A DNA stretch of 64,000 nucleotides from the human T2T-CHM13v2.0 reference genome, Homo sapiens: assembly GCF_009914755.1 (NCBI RefSeq), contig NC_060938.1. The stretch is one strand, 5' to 3'. The notes under the pieces are model-generated. The model was not told the origin of the DNA, ran no database searches, and worked only from the letters and a program-made list of their open reading frames with translations. Shown here piece by piece: positions 50,710-64,000 of this stretch; within the stretch, counting starts at the first letter, position 1; each line of letters begins with the position of its first letter. A program made the translations under genes and the position numbers.

Positions 50710-51971
50710 TAGAACAGTGAGGATCTTTGTATAATTTCTATACAAAGCTATTCCTGAATTACATCCCAGGATTCAAGTTGTCAACTTAATAATGAAATTG
50801 ATATCATACAGCTGACATAGGAAAATTTGAGTTGCTTTTATTCACTTAATTCCTTATTTCGTAATGTATTTGAGGTGGCTTTCAACAAAACGCATATAAT
50901 AGGAAAATATAAATAAAAATAGGAACCAGCTGGGCATGGTGGCACACACCTGTAGTCCCAGCTACTTGAGAGGCTGAAGCTGGAGGACTGCTTGAGTCTA
51001 GGTGTTCGAGGCCAGTCCTATTTACTGCCAAGAAATTAAAAACAAAAATTTTAGTAGATTTTGGGTGTAAGTCTGGAATTAAAGCCATTCTGAAGATGCT
51101 AACAACATGCTTCTGATAAGTGACCAAAAAAAAATTACCATCTAATGCTTTTACGTTTGGTTTGGAAGTATGCTTAAAGGAGATAAAAAGCTAGTTCATG
51201 TTCAGGAAGTACTGGGCCCTGTCTAAATATTTCTTAAAGGTTTCTTTTATTGCAATTCATAATTAATTACATAAATAACCACATCCGGTAAAAAAACACT
51301 TAAGGTGGCTCACACCTGTAATCCCAGCACTTTGGGAGGCAGACAGATCACCTGAGGTCAGGAGTTTGAGACCATCCTGGCCAACATGGCGAAACCCTGT
51401 CTCTATGAAAAATACAAAAATTAGCCGGGCATGGTGGCAGGCGCCTGTAATTCCAGCTACTCAGGAGACTGAGTCAGGAGACTCGCTTGAATCCACGAGC
51501 CTGAGGTTGCAGTGAGCCAGGCTGGCGCCACTGCACTCCAGACTGAGCGACAGAGTGAGACTCTGCCTCAAAAAACAGAAACAAAACAAACAAACAACAC
51601 TTAAAACATTCTTAAATCGTTTTTACTGTAAATTCCTTGAAGATGCAGAGAGTATCATTCATCTTTATCCTTTTCCCATTTCACCCCAAGTGCTAAGTGA
51701 AGTGTAGTGCCTGGGTCATGAAGCCAATAAACCTTTTTGTATAAATCATCCTATTTTAATTAATGGACCCCTTTATTATTTGACTTGGTAGAAAAAAATT
51801 TCTCATCATTGGGAGGCAATACATTAGAGTTAAGCAGTCTGTTAGTAACATTGAACTACCTCATTGAAACATGGAGCTCCTGATTGACTCATGATTTGAA
51901 TAAGCTAGGAATGAGAAAACCTTGGAATCTCTAAAAAATACTATATTTTAACATTAAATACTTTTTTTCAG

Positions 51972-52066
51972 ACTGCAATTACATGCCTGTCTACTGTTCT
52001 ATCAATTGATTTCAAACCTTCAGAAATAGAAGTTGGAGTAGTGACAGTTGAAAATCCTAAATTCAG
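51972..52066 (+). CDS. PSMA6: PSMA6 exon 6, [31 protein letters not shown](R)
   Basis: ttttcag| acceptor, CAG|gtgagt donor; 95 nt. Confidence 0.97.
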
Positions 52067-52556
52067 GTGAGTGATATTGTGGGCCACATGCAGACTAGAA
52101 AGGTGGAGGCGTGTGAGTCCATGTGTCCTATAACTTGTGGGGGAAATCTTTTTTCTTTAACTGTCATTATAGTTTTTGTTTGTGTGTTTGTTTTTTTCCC
52201 CAGCACCTGAGATCTGTTTTTAAAACTTTGGACTCTATTTAAGAGTCAGATATGAAAGCTTTTCTCCTTATTTCAGAGTGATTTTATATCTAACACCAGA
52301 GATGACATAAAGTTACCTTCCTTATGTAAGGAAAAAAATTAGCATAAGTGTTTTTTTTTTTTAGTTTAAGGCCAATACAAATTCAATTCCCAAAGTAGTA
52401 GTTTGCAAGTTTTTCAGATAGAACTTTGGTTATTTAGTGGTTATTTAAGTAGAACTTTGAGGAGCAATATGAGTTACTGATATATGTCAGACCCTTATCT
52501 AGAGATCTTTGGAAAGCCCAAATTTTGAATACAGCTAATTGACTTGCAGTTGCTGG

Positions 52557-52557
<1 letters not shown>

Positions 52558-52604
<47 letters not shown>
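52558..52604. repeat. (TG)23 microsatellite in PSMA6 intron 6
   Basis: Perfect TG run. Confidence 0.97.
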
Positions 52605-52605
<1 letters not shown>

Positions 52606-53722
52606 CTTACTCACTAAGTGACTAACTCCCACACATCAGCCTTATAGCTTCCATGATTCAAATCCATACTGAGTGCTTCGTATAATCAGCTCATTTAATC
52701 CTCCCAGCAGCCCTGTGAGGCAGTTGATATACCATGGACCAGGATGCTCTTATCTTTAATGAAAATACTGCAGTTAAATCGACAGATACAAGGAACTACT
52801 GGGAGGCATTTTAACTATTATGTGTATCTATTCTTAGATCACAACCATAAAGACACATGGTCTTGGTTGTGGTGTGGGGTACGGGAGTGGTAAACTAAGC
52901 TTAACTAGACCTTGAAGAGGTTTTTCGTTTGTTCTTTTTTTTCCTAATTTGTTCTTTTGGTTGCCCACAGATAAGTCATATAAACATGACAGATTCAGAA
53001 AAATTCATAGGACTTTAAAAAAAAAAAAACAGCTGGGTGCTGTGGCATGCATCTGTAGTCTCAGCTCCTCAGGAGGCTGAGGCAAGAGGATGGCTTGAGC
53101 CTTGGAGTTGAAAGCTGTAGTGCGCAATGATAGTGCCTGTGAATAGCCACTGCACTCTAGCCTGGGTAACATAGTGAGACCTCATCTGTTAAAAAAACAA
53201 CCGACAACACCAAAAGCGAATCTATCCTAGCTTTTCTTCCCGTAGGAAGAAGTCTTGTAACTTGGGTTGGGGTAGGGGTGAGGGGTGGGGGCAGGGATCA
53301 AGTTGCTTTTGAAAAAGGTGCCTTTTTTTTTTTTAAGTAAAAATTTCAGCAAGAATAATCTTAAAATCTCTCTAAGGAACCTACAATTAGTTCTTGTTTT
53401 CTTTTCTGTTTGGAGACCTTCCTGCCACCTTTAAAATTGTATTTGTTATTTTTTAAATTGGTAAGGAATCAAAAATCTTGTCTTCAAAAAACTTTGTATC
53501 ATTTATAAATTCTGTGATAGTAAATATATGTAAATAATTACAGTACATAGCATAAGCATCAACAACTATTTAAACTGCTTGATATTGCCTTCAGTTGCAC
53601 TAAAAAATGTCCTTTTGACAAATTTCACTTTTTAGAAGTCTAGTAGTAATAGGTCACATTAACAAGGTTGCCAAACAATTGCTTCCTTTCGAGGCAAACA
53701 TCATTTAGAAAATACATGTTCA

Positions 53723-54070
<348 letters not shown>

Positions 54071-54224
54071 CTATTCATAGAATTATAACTTTATTTTCAT
54101 GAACTTCTGAATCTGAACACTTTAATATGCTTAAAATTTCTTCATGAATTTTTATCTTTGAGCTGACATAAATTTCAGTTATACTACATATAAATGTATT
54201 TTGACGGCTGGGCAAGGTGGCTCA

Positions 54225-54536
<312 letters not shown>

Positions 54537-54868
54537 TTATAGTTTAGCTTTATTTATGTTATTCAATTGAAATATTTTCTATCTTAGCTGCAACTAAAGA
54601 ATTTTATTTTCAAGATACAATTCTAAATCTGATGTCAAAGTAAACATTTTTGTGTATAGGTGAAGGTGGTATAATATCTGGGAATTCCTTCAAAATAATC
54701 TGAGGGAAGATAAGTGTGTGTATAGATTTTTTAAAGATTGGTTTATAAATTGATAATTGTTAAAGTAGGTTGATAGGTATATGGGAGTTTATTATACTAT
54801 CCCACTTTTACGTGTGTTTGAAAAAATTTTTTTTAAATCGTTGTTTTTTTCCCCCTTTTGCCTTCTAG

Positions 54869-54926
54869 GATTCTTACAGAAGCAGAGATTGATGCTCACC
54901 TTGTTGCTCTAGCAGAGAGAGACTAA
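54869..54926 (+). CDS. PSMA6: PSMA6 exon 7 CDS, (R)ILTEAEIDAHLVALAERD*
   Basis: Long pyrimidine tract plus ctag| acceptor; TAA at 54924-54926. Exons sum to 741 nt = 246 aa plus stop. Confidence 0.98.
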
Positions 54927-55067
54927 ACATTGTCGTTAGTTTACCAGATCCGTGATGCCACTTACCTGTGTGTTTGGTAACAACAAACCAACATCATGGA
55001 GGTCCCTGGATTGAAAAAGGAGCCTCTCCCACTCCTCCTACCACCGAAGTGGTTAGGACTCTATATA

Positions 55068-55073
55068 AATAAA
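55068..55073 (+). terminator. PSMA6: PSMA6 polyadenylation signal
   Basis: AATAAA ~140 nt after the stop codon; GU/U-rich element at 55103-55111. Confidence 0.85.
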
Positions 55074-55119
55074 AACAAGGCTTTTGGAAAATAATTGCAT
55101 CCTGTTGTTTTCACCTCCT

Positions 55120-56590
55120 ATTTTAAAATTTATTTTTGACACCTAATGTACATATTTATGGGGTGCAATGTGATGTTTCGATACATGTATACATTATAAT
55201 GATCAAATTAGGGTGATTAGCATATCCATCACCTGAAACACGGTGTTTTTGTGGTGAGAACATTTAAAATCCTCTCCTCTAGCTATTTTGAGGTACACAA
55301 TACCTTATTAGTTTTTTGTTTTTTAAAACAAGATCTTGCTCTATTGCCCAAGCTAGAGTGCAGTGCCATGATTATGGCTCACTGCAGCCTTGAACTCCCT
55401 TGTTAAGTAATCCTCTCACCTCAGCCTCCTTAGTAGCTGGTACTACAGGTGTACACCATTGTACCCAGCTAATTTTATTATTTTTTTGTAGAGTTGGGGT
55501 CTTACTATGTTGCGTGGGCTGGTCTCAGACTCCTGGCTAGCATTAAGCGATCCTTCTGCCTCAGTCTCCCAACATGCTGGGGTTACAGGCATGAGCCACA
55601 GTGCCTGGGTCCACAGTACCTTACTGTTGACTGTAGTCACTCTGCTGTGCAATAGGATACCAAATCTTACTCCTTTTTTCTCTTTTTTGAGACAGGTACT
55701 TGATCTCACCCAGGCTGGAGTGCAGTGGCAGGCGTGCTCATAGCTCACTGCAACCTTAAATACCTGGGGTTAAGCAGTCCTCCCACCTTAGCCTCCCAAG
55801 TAGCTAAGACTACAGACATGCATCACCAGGCCTGGCTAATTTTTTATCTTTTAAAATATTGACATAGGGGTCTCCCTATGTCACCCAGGCTAGTCTTAAA
55901 CTCCTGGCCTCGAACAGTCCTATCTCAGGCTCCCAAAGTGCTGGGATTACAGGTGTAAGTCACTGCACTGGGCCCCTCCTGTCTAATTGTAACTTTTTAG
56001 CTGTTCACCACCTTCTCCCCATCCCTCCCACTACCACCTCCAGTCCCTGGTAACCACTGTTCTATGTACTATTCACTACTTATAGATCAACGTTTTTAGA
56101 CTTGGCATGTAAGTGAAAATGTGGCATTTGTCTTTCTGTATCTGGCTTATTTTCACTTAATGTATTGTCCTCTAGGTTCATTCATGTTATAAATAACAGG
56201 ATTTCATTCTTTTTAATAGCTGAATAGTGTTCCTTTGTGTATATATATCACATTTTCTTTATCCATTCATTCACTTTGAACACTTAAGTCAGTTATATCT
56301 TGGCTATTGTGTATAGTCCTGCAATAAACATGGGATTGCAGATACCTCTTCAACATACGGATTTCACTTCCTTTGAATACATACCAAGGAGTGCAGTTGT
56401 TGGGTCATAGAGTAATTCTGTTTAATTTTTTTAGGAACGTTCATACTGTTTTCCATAATGGCTGTACTCATGTACATTTCCCTTAATTGTAAGGGTTCCC
56501 TTTTCTCTGCATCCTCAACACTTGTTATGTTTTGTCTTTTTGATAATAGTTATTCTAACTAGTGAGGTGATGTCTCATTGTGGTTTGCCT
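55120..56590 (-). mobile_element. L1MA 3' end (antisense) interrupted by two antisense AluJ (55311-55609, 55676-55974)
   Basis: L1 3'UTR motifs 'gtacatatttatggggtgcaatgtgatgtttcgatacatgtataca' and 'gcaataaacatgggattgcagatacctcttc'. Confidence 0.85.
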
Positions 56591-56707
56591 CCAATTTTAA
56601 GTATTAAGCCTTTGGTATATGCAGACAAATATTCACCATCTTCACATTGTAGCTTTAGTCATTTTGTTGACACTGGTACAAGTTTACTTGGCTTAAGACA
56701 TTTCATA

Positions 56708-63588
<6,881 letters not shown>

Positions 63589-64000
63589 CTAAGAGAAGTA
63601 ATTAGAGATGAGGAATTGTGTCAGAGTAATTTTTATATACAACAATATAATTTTATATACAATGATAAATTCCATTGCATTCAATACTGTGGAATATTAT
63701 GCGGCCACTAAAACCTCTGTTTTGAAGAATATTTAATGATATGGAAAACATTTACAAATGTAATATTATGTTTAAAAAAATGGAATAAAATATGCAGTGT
63801 GATCCCTGCAGCAGACATTTTGGTACTCTGCCTTCCTCATTTCTGCCATACCATGGTGGATAGTCCTGACTCCTGCCAACGGCATCCCACCCAGAAAGTA
63901 CTTTGTGCAGTTCTCTGCTTCCCTGCCTCAGGGCTTTCTCTGAAATCAGGAAAACCTGCTCAGGCTGTGCAAGCCTAATACAGCCTGAAACTTTGGGGTA

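Overview
Human (or very close hominid) genomic DNA, recognisable as the 14q13.2 PRORP (KIAA0391/MRPP3)-PSMA6 locus, with both genes on the + strand. The window holds: (1) an RPL9 processed pseudogene (20-762) inside a PRORP intron. (2) The last three coding exons of PRORP, the catalytic subunit of mitochondrial protein-only RNase P (4330-4478, 8005-8200, 11039-11170), with a proximal poly(A) signal at 11647 and distal ones near 15193-15207. (3) An upstream alternative PSMA6 exon (~16157-16322). (4) The PSMA6 CpG-island promoter and all seven coding exons of 20S proteasome subunit alpha-1 (30085-54926; 741 nt spliced, 246 aa). The rest is very Alu-dense (about 85 Alu elements or monomers counted by eye), with L1, L2, MIR, MER2, MER3, MER5 and MER30 remnants. 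Almost all ORFs in the supplied track are Alu-derived or chance ORFs. I see no evidence for a wholly new biological system. The best leads are regulatory and RNA-level: a zero-spacer inverted Alu hairpin switched in by PRORP alternative polyadenylation; a gate-less, uORF-laden PSMA6 isoform or read-through exon; a frame-closed exon 2-3 circle; candidate poison exons and a microexon; an NF-kB site cluster; and the -8G Kozak allele. Repeat family and subfamily calls and their boundaries are by eye and approximate.
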